64,000 nucleotides of DNA from Rhizodiscina lignyota (taxonomy: Eukaryota). The position numbers and the translations under genes are program-made. The stretch is taken from contig ML978138.1 of NCBI GenBank assembly GCA_010015805.1, forward strand, positions 62,001-126,000, in the 5' to 3' direction. Below are positions 23,035 to 35,414 of this stretch, piece after piece. Each line of letters starts with the position of its first letter. Within the stretch, counting starts at the first letter, position 1. Under the pieces are notes generated by a model. The model was not told the origin of the DNA. It did no database searches and saw nothing but the letters and a program-made list of their open reading frames with translations.

Positions 23035-25545
23035 TCAACCCCCAAGTCCCTCTCTCAGCGCATCTTCATCCAACGCCGCCGGATCAACGTGGACCTTGAA
23101 CGGGGTAGGCGGCGGTAGTCCCAAGCCCAGAATCGCACCTGGTTGGTTCACTCCCGGAGGCCTCCATTCCGCCTTAGCTTTCGGTATGGAGCCAAGAGGT
23201 GGGATGGCGCTGTCACCACTCTCACTAACCGTCGGCAGCGCCGGAGTGGACTTCATAACTTTGAGGCGCGGCCCCTTCGACTGAGTTCGCTGGGGAATCA
23301 GCATCGTCGGATTGGACGTCATCGCAGTGGCTATTGCGATCGGAGGAGGTTTGGCCGAATCGCTAACGGAGCGTGGAGCAGCGGCTGGAGCAGCAGCAGG
23401 AGTATCAACAGCAGTTGATGGAGTTGGCATGAAGCCCCATTTCCCTTTTACCCAACCGCCGACTCTCTGTCCCAAGAACCCGACATAGCCTGGCTTGCTA
23501 TCTACAGGAGCTGCACCGCGTTGCTCACCGACCATGTTGCTGAGCAAGTCTCTGCTGTGAGGAGTGACGCTCCTCCCACTGCCAGGTCTTGACGTCCTAC
23601 CTGTCACTGCTGTCGCTGTAGTCGCTGCAATGACAGGCCGGCTTGATGTTAAAGCAATAGACGGAGCTGCGCGTGCAGATGCTCCTATCAGGAGCTGAGA
23701 GGGCCGAGACTGGAGAGTATGGATGTCCATGCCTGACACTGAAAGCAGCGACTCGTGTGATGCTACTCTTCGCATAGGACGCGAAGGTGTATATAAGTCC
23801 TCATCTTCAGCCTCTCGCAAAGTCGACGCTTCATCTGTCTCGTCGCCCTCTTCGGGAATTGTAGCTTCGGGCGGGGATGGTAGGCCTGGCGATAGATGTA
23901 GATCCGTCACGTCGGCATCTACTTCGGTGCCCATATGGTCCATGTACTCATCAACAGAATACGTCATGAGCTGCGGGGCGACAGAATCAGAAACGCTCCT
24001 TAGCGGACCGTCTCGAAGAGGCAATTTGTTCAGCGGCACAAAAGCAGGTGAGCCAGGATCGCTGCAGTCAGGGCTCGTCGGAGGCGATGAATCGTGTCCA
24101 ACATCGCTAAAGATGCGCTCAAAGACGGAGGACGCTCCGCGAGAGTGAGCGTATGGCGAGCTCGGTACAGATGATGCACCTGATATTGCGGTGCTGTTCG
24201 ACTGCACTGACCAACGATGAGATGCTGACTTTTGAGGGACGGTGACAGAAGTCTGCGATAAGATCGTCGCAGCTGATGATGGAGTCTGAGGGCCCGGCCG
24301 GGCAATGGATCCACGAGGTGGCGTAAAATGCCCGCTGGTGGCCAGATGTCGCTTCCGGCGTACTTTGCGCTGCATCGGTTGCTGGGGCCGCGGCTTGTTT
24401 TCGCCCTTTGGAAGGTCATGGAAGTGATGATGCACATGCAACTCTCGGCTCTGTGGTGTTTCCAGACCCATCTCCTTACTCAACTTCGGTGAAAGTCCAC
24501 CCTCCTCCGTCGCGTCGGTAGGTGGATTCAGCATCAGCTGATCTCTCAATCGCGCCACCTCTTCGTTGGAGTTGAACAACATGTCCCTCAGCTCTACAAT
24601 ACCAAGCTGCAGATTCGCGTTGTCCTGGAGGATATCCTTGACAAAGTGACTGACGACATTGCTGCCATTCTTCTCACTCGATGCCTTTGCTGCAGCCGCA
24701 CCTCTTAGTCTCCCTGCAGCAGTCTCCAGCTCCCGCTCTACAGCTCTCCTCCTATCCATACGTCCGATGACCTCCACGTGTCTCTCTCTCTCTTCTCGCG
24801 CCTCTTGTTCAATCCTTTCGATCTGGTCATGCAGTCCAGCAATCGCTTGCTCCGCCTGCCGTGATCTCAGGACAGCACTCTTCTCATCCTCTTTTGTAGT
24901 CGCAAGCGTCGCTTGTAACTCTGCTTGCTCCCTCTCCAACGTAGCAAGCTGCTTCTCGAGGAATTCGGTGCGAGAAACGAGAGCAGTGACGCGGCGCAGT
25001 TGCTCTTGCGTGGAGTGTAGCGTTGCCGTCAACGACTTGATCTGGGTCTCTGATTCCACGAGGGCATTATTCAGGTTCTCCAGCTGATCGAGGAAGTGGC
25101 GATTCTGCTCAACGAGAGAGGTATTGCTCGCTTCAAGGTCGCGCTTCTCAGTGTCTAACGAATCCAACGTCGTCGACATACGTTTTCGATCCTGTTCCGC
25201 GTCCGCAACGTAGGCTTCGTGCCGCACTAACAGCGCCTGAATGGAAAATGTCAGAGACATGGTCGTTTGCAGTGCGCAAAATACCCAGGCAAGGTGTTCG
25301 AGCCAGTCATGCAATGACGCATGTGAAAGCGCGACAGCGCATCACCGTCAATGAAAAACATGGAGAGTACTCCGTAGATAGGCGAATGTAAAACTCACTT
25401 GGCCCAGCTCCGCAGCCACGCGCGCATCCTTCTCATAATTTTGCAGAACCTCGCAGGAATGCGCGCGAAATGAGCAGTCTGCCCGCCCACAACAACACAT
25501 TCCGATGCTGCCTTCGCACGGCTTGTAGTCCGCCGCGAGATCCAT
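23035..25545 (-). CDS. Conserved fungal coiled-coil protein with N-terminal CCCG motif; intron 25237-25398
   Basis: Exon 1 CCCGRADC..AAELGQ splices (GTGAGT..CAG) to ALLVRHEAY. This is followed by a long heptad region, VVSHFVKDILQDNANLQ and a Ser/Pro-rich tail. Confidence 0.88.
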
Positions 25546-26219
25546 GACTATTGTGTTCCCTCACCATGGCCCGCGAGGTCGAAGTGGTATTGGTATGGTG
25601 CGCCGGTCAAGGTGATCGGGATAGATTTGCGACTAGCATTGTGTGTTAAGAGAGCGAGTGGATAGAAGGTGAGGTGGGGAGTTGAGTGCCGAGCTGGGCT
25701 TGTTCGTCGCGTTCCCGGTTTTGGAGGTGGTGCACAATGATCCATGCGCACGTGACGCGTCGTACAGGGATAGCCTTCCCAGCCTCTCCAATTTTCGGGA
25801 GGACCTGCATCGACGGGGCCAGATGCGACTTGACGACACTCCATGAACGCCGTCGAGATCGCATATCCAATCGCTGATTGTAGTTGATTTGTGGTTGAGG
25901 TCAACTAAGCTGAGGCACCGATGATCAATCTATTCGCCCACGAACGTTGCTTTTGCTGCGCTAAAGTTAGCGACATGTACACACGGCTCGCAATCTCTTT
26001 CCCTCAGCCTCGACCTTCTACCCATCACTGTTTGTGCTCCCAGCAGTAGCAGAGACGCTCTATTAATCCACGTTGGCACGTTCTTTTCGCTCCATTTTCA
26101 TGAACCTGTGAGATTGTTGCCCTGAAGGACGATGTGACGTGAAAGTAGACGACATACCCGATCTTAGTAGCAGCGAATATCATCTCTTCTTCTCTTGAAT
26201 AGTTCACAAAGAAGCCGAA

Positions 26220-28340
26220 ATGTTGTGTGACACATGCAAACGGATCCCTTACGACTTTTTCATCCAACGCGGCTCTTTCGAGCATGGAACGCTGGGAGCC
26301 ATCAAGGAGTCCGCCGAAGCTGGCTGCGGTTTCTGCGGACTCATTAATGACTCCTTCTACCTTCAGATGTGCCGAGGTGCGGTTAGGGAAATAGCATATC
26401 GGACTGTCAATGAAAACGTTACCCTCTATACTGATGGATCCGTGCGTAACGGGACACAACAACTCCAATTAATATATCAAGACGACCTTGGCCCTCATAA
26501 CGGTTCGTCTCTGCACTATGAAGTCGTGGTTGGCAGCAAAGGCGAGTATCGCTGATATCACTTCGTGGAGATGGCAACGCTAGCTAAACATTAAGCAGGG
26601 TATAAGCGGTCACCGCTGCCTGTACCTATGTGGGATTTCCTGCTGGACGTTGCCGAATCTTGGGAGCGAAATTGCCGAGAGAATCATGAAGAGTGTAAAC
26701 GGGACTCGGGTACTACGAAACCGTCCTTACCTAGTCGACTCATCCAATTCGACATCGAACAGGATGACAGTATCCCAAAGCTCGTCTCCACCTCTGAGCT
26801 CGAACAAGACGAGATTAAATATGTGACTTTGAGTCACAGATGGGGCCAGCCGGACTCCATGTCCAGTACAACAGTGTCCAACATCCAAACTCGCTTATCA
26901 GAAATAAGGGACCTACCATTGACGTTTCGACAAGCCGTTTCCATAGCGAGGAAGCTGAAAATAGCGTACCTTTGGATCGATTCTATCTGCATCATACAGG
27001 ATGATCCTTCCGACAAGAGCCGAGAGATCGCAAGGATGGCGAATATTTACAGCAACTCTTTCTGCAACATCGTTGCGTCCACTGCATCAGATCCGACTGA
27101 GGGCTGCTACAACCCAGAGAAAGCACAAAGCGTCGCCGGACACATTCTAGAGTTTCCACGCCAGAACGAGGTGTTCACTCGTAGAGTCTTCTTCGTGCGA
27201 GCGGACCGAGCTGCGGAAGAGCTATCAACAGGCATCGAGAGCGGGGTGCTCCATAGTCGAGGCTGGTTGGTCCAAGAACGTCACCTTCCGAGGCGCGCCG
27301 TTCTCTTCACGCCGCAATGTGTAATGTGGGAATGCCAGAAGTCAAGGATAATCAGAGAGTACCCGGACTCGGAAAGAGTCTTTGCAACGATGGAAAGAGT
27401 TACACAGCAAGAGTCGAGGCACGAGTCCTCTGCAGCTTCGAATTTTTGGAAGATTATGAACTCACCGAACGGCCAGCGAGCTATTTACTGGGAATGGCTG
27501 AAACTGGCTGCGGAGTACTCAGGGAAGCGGCTTACTGTGGCTAGTGACAAGCTTCCGGCGATCGGCGGCCTTGCCAGCAGTATGCAAGAACTCACTGGCG
27601 ATGAGTACGTTGCTGGTCTGTGGAGGCGAGATTTAGTCCGGTCGCTCTGCTGGATGCAACCTATTAAGCAACAACTGGACCATCTGCCAGGTTGCGAAGT
27701 GAATACCGACCGAGGCTGGGAGATGACCACACCGTATCGAGCACCGAGTTGGTCGTGGGCCAACCTCGATCTTGTAGTAACATATCCCGAGTTCGACGAG
27801 TTCGGCGAGTTCATGAGCAAGCTTGAGACCGCGGCCTCTCCGGAAATCCTCGAGGTCACCGCCGAAAGTGCCACGGCCGACAAATTCGGCCAAGTTTCTT
27901 CAGCATCGATCAGACTCAAAGCATTTACCGTAGTCGTGAATCCGTTCAGACCTCTTGAAGGCAGTGTTATTGTATTACCGATAGAGAGCCCGGTATATCA
28001 GCAGGAGGGCCTGAAGCGTGTGCGAATCTACAATCGATATGGCCAGCCCATAGCTAAACTTGTCCTGGAGCGGCAGAATTGGACGCTCGGAATCGTGCCA
28101 GACAAGCATAGCAACATGAGTATAAAATGCGTACTCTTATGGAACTTTGACGACAAACATGTCAATGTCCTGGACGACAACAACCTGACATGGTCATGCA
28201 AGCTTATCGGTCTCGCGTTGAGGCCAGTGCAAGAGGAACCGAAAAAGTATGAGAGAATTGGTATGATGTTTTGGCGTCTGGAAGAGGGAGCCCAGTTGTT
28301 TGAAGATGAAGGGGTGGAAGAAGAGCTGACAATCATTTGA
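26220..28340 (+). CDS. HET-domain protein; GC-AG intron 26542-26598
   Basis: MLCDTC..CGFC N-terminus, LPSRLI, YVTLSHRWG, YLWIDSICIIQDD, SRGWLVQER, DKLPAIGGLA and APSWSWA motifs. Confidence 0.93.
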
Positions 28341-28824
28341 TACACGCTGTAACTCTGCTCGAAAGCGTTTTTCACCAAATGCGCTAAGCCGAGCGCTGCC
28401 TCGCTCAAGGGGCAACAGAGCAAACGGCATGGGAAATGCTCCATGCCCGTTGAATAGCGTGCCATCCCGATTAATTAAACTGCTATAGTAAGAACAAGTT
28501 TTGCTCTTCAGCACGAACGAGAGCATCTCTGAAAGCTCGATTAAACAGACAGGAGAGCGTATTTATCGAAAACACGCAGCTTCATGATGTATAACCTAAC
28601 GAGCATATACATTTATCGCGGTTCGACATTCGACATGTCGTAGCCACGACCCAACTCACTTGGCACAGTTCGTTCAGATTGCGGAGTTCTCGGAGGCTTT
28701 AACTACATTGGGAACCTGGGTCTCTAGTGTATGCTTTCAACACAGTGGCAAGGCATTTCAATCAGAGTTAGCCATAATTGTCTATTTTGACCGTGTCTCA
28801 ACACTTCTACTCTACTCCTAGAGA

Positions 28825-30215
28825 TTAGGCTGATTTGGCAAGCTCCACCGCCTTCTTCGCAGCGTCACCGAAACCAGATTCCGTATGCAGGCCCAGATTT
28901 GCCTTTTCGACCTGTTGGCGGAAGTAAGTATAAACTTAATCAACGCAAGTTCACCTTTACGGCGGTAGTGCTAGACTCACAAGCTTCAGCCCTTCTTCGG
29001 AGTTAGTCCCTTGCAGTCGAACTACCACCGGAACACGAAGCGAGCCCAACTCCTTCGCGGCACCGATGATTGACTCTGCAATCATATCGCATCGGGTGAT
29101 ACCTGAAACATGAATGAGTTTTTATTAGCATGAGAAGTGTGAGATCCTCACTTACCTCCGTAGATATTGACGAGAATTGTTTTCACTCGCTCATCTCTCA
29201 GAATGATCTCAAATGCTTTCATCATTGTCTCCTTTGTTGCTTGGCCACCAGCATCAAGGAAGTTAGCACTCGCACCCCCGGAGTGTGCGATTGCGTCGTT
29301 GGTCGCCATTGCTAGGCCAGCACCGTTCACCACATTCCCAATATTACCATCCATCCTGACGTACACTAGTCCATACTTCTCGGCCTCAAGCTCTTCGCTC
29401 ACTTCATGCTCAACATCGCGGAGGGCGAAAAGATCCTGCTGGCGCTTCTCTGCTGCATTGTCAAAAGAGAACTTAGCGTCGAGACATGTGAATGTTGAGT
29501 CGGAAGAGCGCACAAGCGGATTAATTTCAAGGAGAGTTGCGTCTTTGCTAACAAACAGGCTGTGCATGCGGCTGAGAATTTGTTCGAGGTTCTTGGTTTC
29601 TGCCACTGATGTTCGAAGTGCTCGAGAGATTTCCGAAATAAGTTCTGCCGTGATCCCTTGCGTGAGATTGAAGTGGAATGTCAACAGTTTCTCGGGGCTT
29701 TCCTTTGCCATTGTTTCGATATCAACGCCGCCACTTTTAGAAATGATAATTGCCGGTTTGTACTGCTCGCGGTCGATCGTCATCGCAAGGTACCACTCGT
29801 CGTGGTATTTGATTGTCTCGACGACGTAGAGCTTGTCCACCTTGAGTCCCTTGCTCGGGGTTTGCTTCGTCTTCAATCGATGGCCGAGCATCTTACTGGC
29901 TATCTCCTTTCCGGCCTCAGGAGACTCGACCATTTGGATCCCTCCCTGCAAACCGCTGTCGAAGGTGCCTTTGCCCCGACCACCCCTCAAGATCTGAGAT
30001 TTGACAACGCATCTTCCGCCGAGTTCTTCAATTATTGCACGCACCTCATCCGGGGATTGTGCAACTTTCCCTCGTGGTACTGGAACGCCAAACTGCTTCA
30101 GCAAATCTTGAGACTGATATTCGTGAATGCTCAATTGCCGTATTTGTTGCTTTGAAATTAGGCATCCCGTATGATCACTTCTCAAGAGCCTCAGAGATAT
30201 GTTCTTGCAAGCCAT
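28825..30215 (-). CDS. LSC2: Succinyl-CoA ligase beta-subunit-like protein (divergent paralog); exons 30215-29156, 29102-28981, 28911-28825
   Basis: [68 protein letters not shown] and VVRLQGTN motifs; canonical introns. Confidence 0.93.
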
Positions 30216-30571
30216 TCTCAAAGTACTCTTCTTCTTTACGTTTCTGGGCCTCTGAAGACGGTTTACAAGGCCGAAGACTTTGAAATCCTACCAAAAGATG
30301 AGAGGGAAATTTGGTTGCAAGCAACAATAGAACTCGGGCATGACACCGCACAGAACAACATCCGATGATGACCTTCGTAGCCATGATGATATCTTACCTT
30401 CTTTCATCAACAATGACTCCATGATAGGCGACTTCAATGTAGGTCGGAGAGCATTAAAGATTTCTGTGCCCGAAAGAATTCGGCTATTAACCCCCTGACG
30501 CTCAGGCGTATCCGATTGCGGATGTGGATGATAGGGAGGCCGCGGCCTTTTTAAGGAGCCGCTCTACCCAG

Positions 30572-30586
30572 CCGACGTGTTCTCGG
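30572..30586. promoter_or_regulatory. Candidate Zn2Cys6 site CCG-N9-CGG (also at 33581-33595 and 40264-40278)
   Basis: The same everted CGG spacing occurs in all three divergent promoters of the cluster. Confidence 0.35.
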
Positions 30587-31112
30587 CGTCCACTGTTCAC
30601 ACTACCCACACGAGTTATATTCCAGTTCTGCAAAATTCCATTTGGTGCTCTTACAATTTACAGAAATTATCAGCTTTGCATTATATGGCCCCGCTGTCCG
30701 TCACCCTTTAAAATATGCATTCATGACGCATATGTTTCGCGTTCGACGCGTCAAAAAATTCCAAACGATGACCTAAGAATCCATCCACCAATTTGACGAC
30801 CAAATTCACCTTGTTTTGAGGCCATCAGTAATATCAGTTAGCCAACATAAGCGATAATATGGCCCGAAAATCCTTCACGTTTGAAGCCGGAAACATACCG
30901 TCCCTCATTTCAGCAGTTCCGGGTCATCGGCTTCCGTTATTCCTTTTTCAAATGGGATCTGTATCCCGTCAGTAGAATCCCTCCTCTTCTCGAGTCCTTC
31001 GTGATTGGAATTCTTTCGTATCCTCTTTACCACGTGATCTACTGTGGAAGTCGTAATATCTCCAATATTGTCAAGTTCACTATCTCCTTGAGGACTCAGT
31101 ATACTCAACAAA

Positions 31113-32153
31113 ATGGCGACAGGCTCGAGTTGGAAGATGGCTCAGGAGAATATGGTCGAAGTTTCCATTCCTGAGGCAAAGAAGCTCGCACAAACTGCTC
31201 TCCAAGCAGTAGGCTACACCGAGTACGATGCCAACGCCATCGGCAGCCATGTTATGGATGCTCAGACGCGAGGATACGGCCCAACTGGCCTGGCTAGAAT
31301 ACTCACCATTGCCGAGCGGGTCGGCCCCAAACCGATTGGCAGCGCCGATATGATTATCACACGAGAGACTGTCTCATCGGCGCAGCTCGACGCCAAGGGT
31401 GCTATCGGCTATCTTGCTTCATACCGCGCGACAGAAATGGCCATCAAGAAAGCAAAGGCAGGTGGGATAGGCATCGTTGGAGTGAGCAACACTTTCTACG
31501 CCGGCATGCTGTCCTACTATGCGGAGATGTGTACGAGACAAGACCTGGTTGCTATGATTGCAGGCAGCGCGGCGCCTTGGGTCGCACCACATGGAAGCTC
31601 TACACCTCGTTTTGGGACGAATCCGCTCTGTATCGCATTTCCGTCGGGGAGCAAGCAACCGATCATTTGGGATATTGGGACCTCGAAGATCATCCACGCA
31701 CAAGTGAAGCTTGCGCAACTAATGGGCGAGGAATTACCGGAAGAGACGGCCTATGATGAGGAAGGCGAGGTTACGAAGGACCCGTTTAAAGCGATGCAGG
31801 GAGCGATGGCAGTATGGGGAGGCCATAAAGGCAGTGGACTGGCAGTAGCAATCCAGTTGATGGGTGCACTTGCAGGCGCTCCAGCGCATACGCACGAATC
31901 CGGGGATTGGGGGTTGCTCGTCATTGTCATGGACCCGGAGATGTTCAGGCCGATCGATGACTTCAAGAAGGAGGTCGATTCGTACTCAGAGACGATCAGG
32001 AGCAGCAAGCCATTGAAGGGCCAAGGTCCCGTTCGAATGCCATTCGATCGGAGCTATCAAATTCGCGAGCAAATTAGGGAAGCTGGGTCAGTGCAAGTGG
32101 AATCGTCCGTTATCGAGGGGTTGCACAAGTTTATAGAGAAAGGCAAGAAATAG
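31113..32153 (+). CDS. Ldh_2-family (type-2 malate/L-lactate/sulfolactate dehydrogenase, DpkA/AllD/ComC-like) NAD(P) oxidoreductase, intronless
   Basis: AIKKAKAGGIGIVGV, FGTNPLCIAFP, WDIGTS, GGHKGSGLA and VRMP motifs. Confidence 0.9.
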   Translation: MATGSSWKMAQENMVEVSIPEAKKLAQTALQAVGYTEYDANAIGSHVMDAQTRGYGPTGLARILTIAERVGPKPIGSADMIITRETVSSAQLDAKGAIGYLASYRATEMAIKKAKAGGIGIVGVSNTFYAGMLSYYAEMCTRQDLVAMIAGSAAPWVAPHGSSTPRFGTNPLCIAFPSGSKQPIIWDIGTSKIIHAQVKLAQLMGEELPEETAYDEEGEVTKDPFKAMQGAMAVWGGHKGSGLAVAIQLMGALAGAPAHTHESGDWGLLVIVMDPEMFRPIDDFKKEVDSYSETIRSSKPLKGQGPVRMPFDRSYQIREQIREAGSVQVESSVIEGLHKFIEKGKK

Positions 32154-32380
32154 AAGGAAGCTCTGTCTGTGTTTTAATGTTCCTTGAACATTCGACTTCG
32201 AACTCAGTCTATTTGTGATGCGTGATCCCTCGGCTGACCCTCAATAGTCCTATCAACTGCGCTCTGAGCTGCTTTCTCACTCTCTAAATCGCCTGTTAGA
32301 GTGGGCCATTGAGAGCAATAGGAGACCCAGGTGAAGGCTTGTCTCACATATGAACTCCGACAATTATGAAGATTGGCAAG

Positions 32381-33433
32381 TTACTTTTTCTCGGGGAACT
32401 TCTCTGCCCATTCTTCATCTCCTCCAATCCACCGATATATCACCTTTGAATCCATTCCTGCACAACGTGGATCTTTTCCCGCCTCCACGTACGAGTTCCA
32501 GGTGTGCCGTCCGACACATAGCTTGGCCCCGACCCTATCGCACGCATCTATCGCCAGGCCGATATCCTTCTTCACATACTCGATCTTGAAACCAGGCTTA
32601 TACCCCCTCGATGCGGGAGCTTCGGGGCTCAATCCAGGAACTGGATTTGCCCTCTCCTGGTTCCGATTACAGCCAGTCGATACCTTGAGAATGTTCTGCA
32701 GAATCCTGGGATCCATGCCTGACTTGATAGCAAAGTTGAACATTTCCGCGTTCAAAAGGGTCATCGACGAACTGAGATAGTTGTTGGCGAATTTAGCCGT
32801 CAATCCTAATGCTGGACCGCCGCAGGTGAAGACATTGTGGCCCATCGTTGCTATCACAGCTTTCATGACTGACACGTTTGGATCTTCGTCTGTGGTGCCG
32901 AGCATGAATGTTATTGTGCCTTTAGCAGCGCCTGCAGTGCCTCCAGATACAGGAGTGTCATAGAAAAAGGCTTTGGGATGGCGAGCTTTAGTTTGCTCAC
33001 CGACCTCAAGAGAGGTGGCCGTGTCGATGGTGCTGCTGTCACAAAGGATCTTGCCGCTCAGATCTTTGGCGGCCAGCACGCCATCCTTCTCGTCCAGATA
33101 GACTGCACGAACGTGTTTGCCTTCGGGGACGATGGAAACGACCAAATCCTACTCTTGCATATTTAGTCACCTGAAATAATGGGTTCCCGCAGACTGAGGA
33201 GTACGTACGCTTTTCTCGGCCACCTCCCTCGAGCTACCACAAGGGTCGAGCTTGGCTACCGCACCTGACTCTTTCAAGCCTCTCTGTATTGCATCTGACG
33301 AAACATCGTAGAAGTGCACTGTTGTCGTGCTCGGAAGCTTGCTCACGAGGTTTGAAAACATGGGAAATCCCATATTCCCAAGGCCGATGAAGCCAATGTT
33401 CGAGGGTGGTTGGGCATCTGTTTCGACTGGCAT
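32381..33433 (-). CDS. Beta-hydroxyacid dehydrogenase (3-hydroxyisobutyrate/tartronate-semialdehyde/GHB reductase family); intron 33149-33208
   Basis: IGFIGLGNMG, DSSTID, DTPVSGG, catalytic AKFANN and GF..KD motifs; in-frame GTACGT..TAG intron. Confidence 0.92.
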
Positions 33434-33747
33434 GTTGATTATAACTGTGCTTCAATTACGATTTTTAGATCTTAATGTCAGAGTGGAAAATCAAAGTTCA
33501 AATTAATCAATTTAAACACAGAGATTATGGGAATCTCGTGACCCCTTATTACCCCGACCATATGAAGGTTTGCCAGATATCCGTCCTATCCTCGGACCCT
33601 CCCACTCCGTGCGCATGCTCATCTACGTGAAAGGCAATATTTCACAGTGTGTTTCCAGAAAGCTTCATTATCAATATTTTCAGATCTGAATCTTGCACAA
33701 AACTCGACAGTTATCTATTTTAGCGTCTAACCACCAGGGCATCAGCT

Positions 33748-34716
33748 ATGGCCAGTTCAGGGAACTCTCCACCGCGTTTACCACCACCCTCTCCCAATCA
33801 AGTCTACGTAAAGATGGCAGCATTGAACGGAGGGTTTATAACACTACCTGAGAGGAATTTCGTGACAAACGCTGATCCAAAATGGGCTACAACGACACCG
33901 TCGATGTGCTTTTTAATCGAACATCCCACAGGATCTGGCAAACCAGATCGAATCGTTTTCGACTTGGGCATCAAACGAGACCTGACCAAATACCTGCCTG
34001 CGACGCGCAAACACATCACGGAACGACAGCCGGTCTATTCTACACCTGATGCAAGAGCTAGTCTTCTGGCTGGAGGCTTTGATCCTGCCAAAGATATCGA
34101 CTACGTGTGCCTAAGTCACGTTCACTGGGACCACGTCGGGGAACCACTCGACTATCCCAATTCAAAGTTCATCGTTGGTTCAGGCACTCTTTACATTCTC
34201 GAAAATGGCGCGCCCAACTATCCTCCTGAGAGGATAATTGAGGAGGGCGTTCTGCCGCCTGACCGAACAGTCGAACTCCCTCCAACACCAGGATCTGAGA
34301 GAAAGCATTTTGCTCACTCTGGAAAGTCGAATCATCAATGGCAATCCCTCTCTACACTTCCGAATGTCGTCGATTACTTTGGTGACGGGAGTGTGTATGT
34401 TGTCGATGCTCCTGGCCATATACACGGACACGTGAACGCCCTTCTTCGTGTTGGACCGGAGAAGTGGGTATATCTTGGTGGCGACTGCTGTCACGACCGA
34501 AGGATTATGACCGGCGAGAGAGGGATCGCAGAGTACGATGACGGACACGGTAAATTGAAAAGCGTTCATGCCGAGCTACCGATAGCAAGGAACACCATCC
34601 AGAACATCCAGAAGCTTATTGAAGTGAACGGAGACACTGTTGAATGGGTAATTGCTCATGATACGAAATGGGCGTGTGAGAACCAAGCTCGGTTCCTGCC
34701 AGGCTGGATGTACTAA
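33748..34716 (+). CDS. Metallo-beta-lactamase-fold hydrolase, AHL-lactonase (AiiA/AttM)-like
   Basis: FDLG, SHVHWDH (HxHxDH), APGHIHGH, GGDCCH and AHD metal-ligand motifs. Confidence 0.9.
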   Translation: MASSGNSPPRLPPPSPNQVYVKMAALNGGFITLPERNFVTNADPKWATTTPSMCFLIEHPTGSGKPDRIVFDLGIKRDLTKYLPATRKHITERQPVYSTPDARASLLAGGFDPAKDIDYVCLSHVHWDHVGEPLDYPNSKFIVGSGTLYILENGAPNYPPERIIEEGVLPPDRTVELPPTPGSERKHFAHSGKSNHQWQSLSTLPNVVDYFGDGSVYVVDAPGHIHGHVNALLRVGPEKWVYLGGDCCHDRRIMTGERGIAEYDDGHGKLKSVHAELPIARNTIQNIQKLIEVNGDTVEWVIAHDTKWACENQARFLPGWMY

Positions 34717-35414
34717 TGATAGCCGAATCAAGGACAAATTCGAAGGGCAAAGTGTCGTATCCAATCTCACTTTAGAATGATTCATGACCTGAATCTGGAC
34801 CAGTAATTGACCACAATCCAGTTTTATTGACTAAGTATGTCTCCACCTCTATCCTTCTCTTCTGATGCTTTCCGCTCTCATCCGTTTCGGCGATATCTAT
34901 TTCACTATCAGTGCCTTTTCGCTGATGGCGCCGTGCATTTGGACGCTTGCTTTGAGGCTCTTCGCTGGACGTTGATATTATTTTACAGCGCTATTTCCTA
35001 TATGGTTGTGAGCTTGAAAACTTCAGTACTGTTGTTAACGTTGCCGCGTGGAACAATACCTCAACTCTTAGCTCTTTTCTTGTATCAGGTATCTGATCAT
35101 TGCCGCGCGGCGTTTTGATACCCATGTTACTCCGTACCTCCAAATTATCGCCGTCCTATGACAGCGGCTATGGCTGGACCACCGGATCTCGAACATGCTG
35201 CCCAACCACCCACGATCCCCACACATGGGATGAGAGAACAGGCACATCTGTACGCGCGCGTTCATGAGACCAAAGGGAGATGAGGACCGTCGTCTCCCGC
35301 CCGGAAAGCCAGTCTCCGCGGTGTCTGCCTCCAACCGCGAGAACAGGTGTCGGTGGTTCTCCGCATTGTTGATCACTCTCGGGGGGTTTGAATAGAGCTG
35401 TTCTCGATTCGGAT

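Noticed and set aside
29167..29829. 220-aa plus-strand ORF, and similar antisense ORFs at 14909, 19089, 20726 and 41008
   Set aside because: Antisense shadows of well-supported genes.
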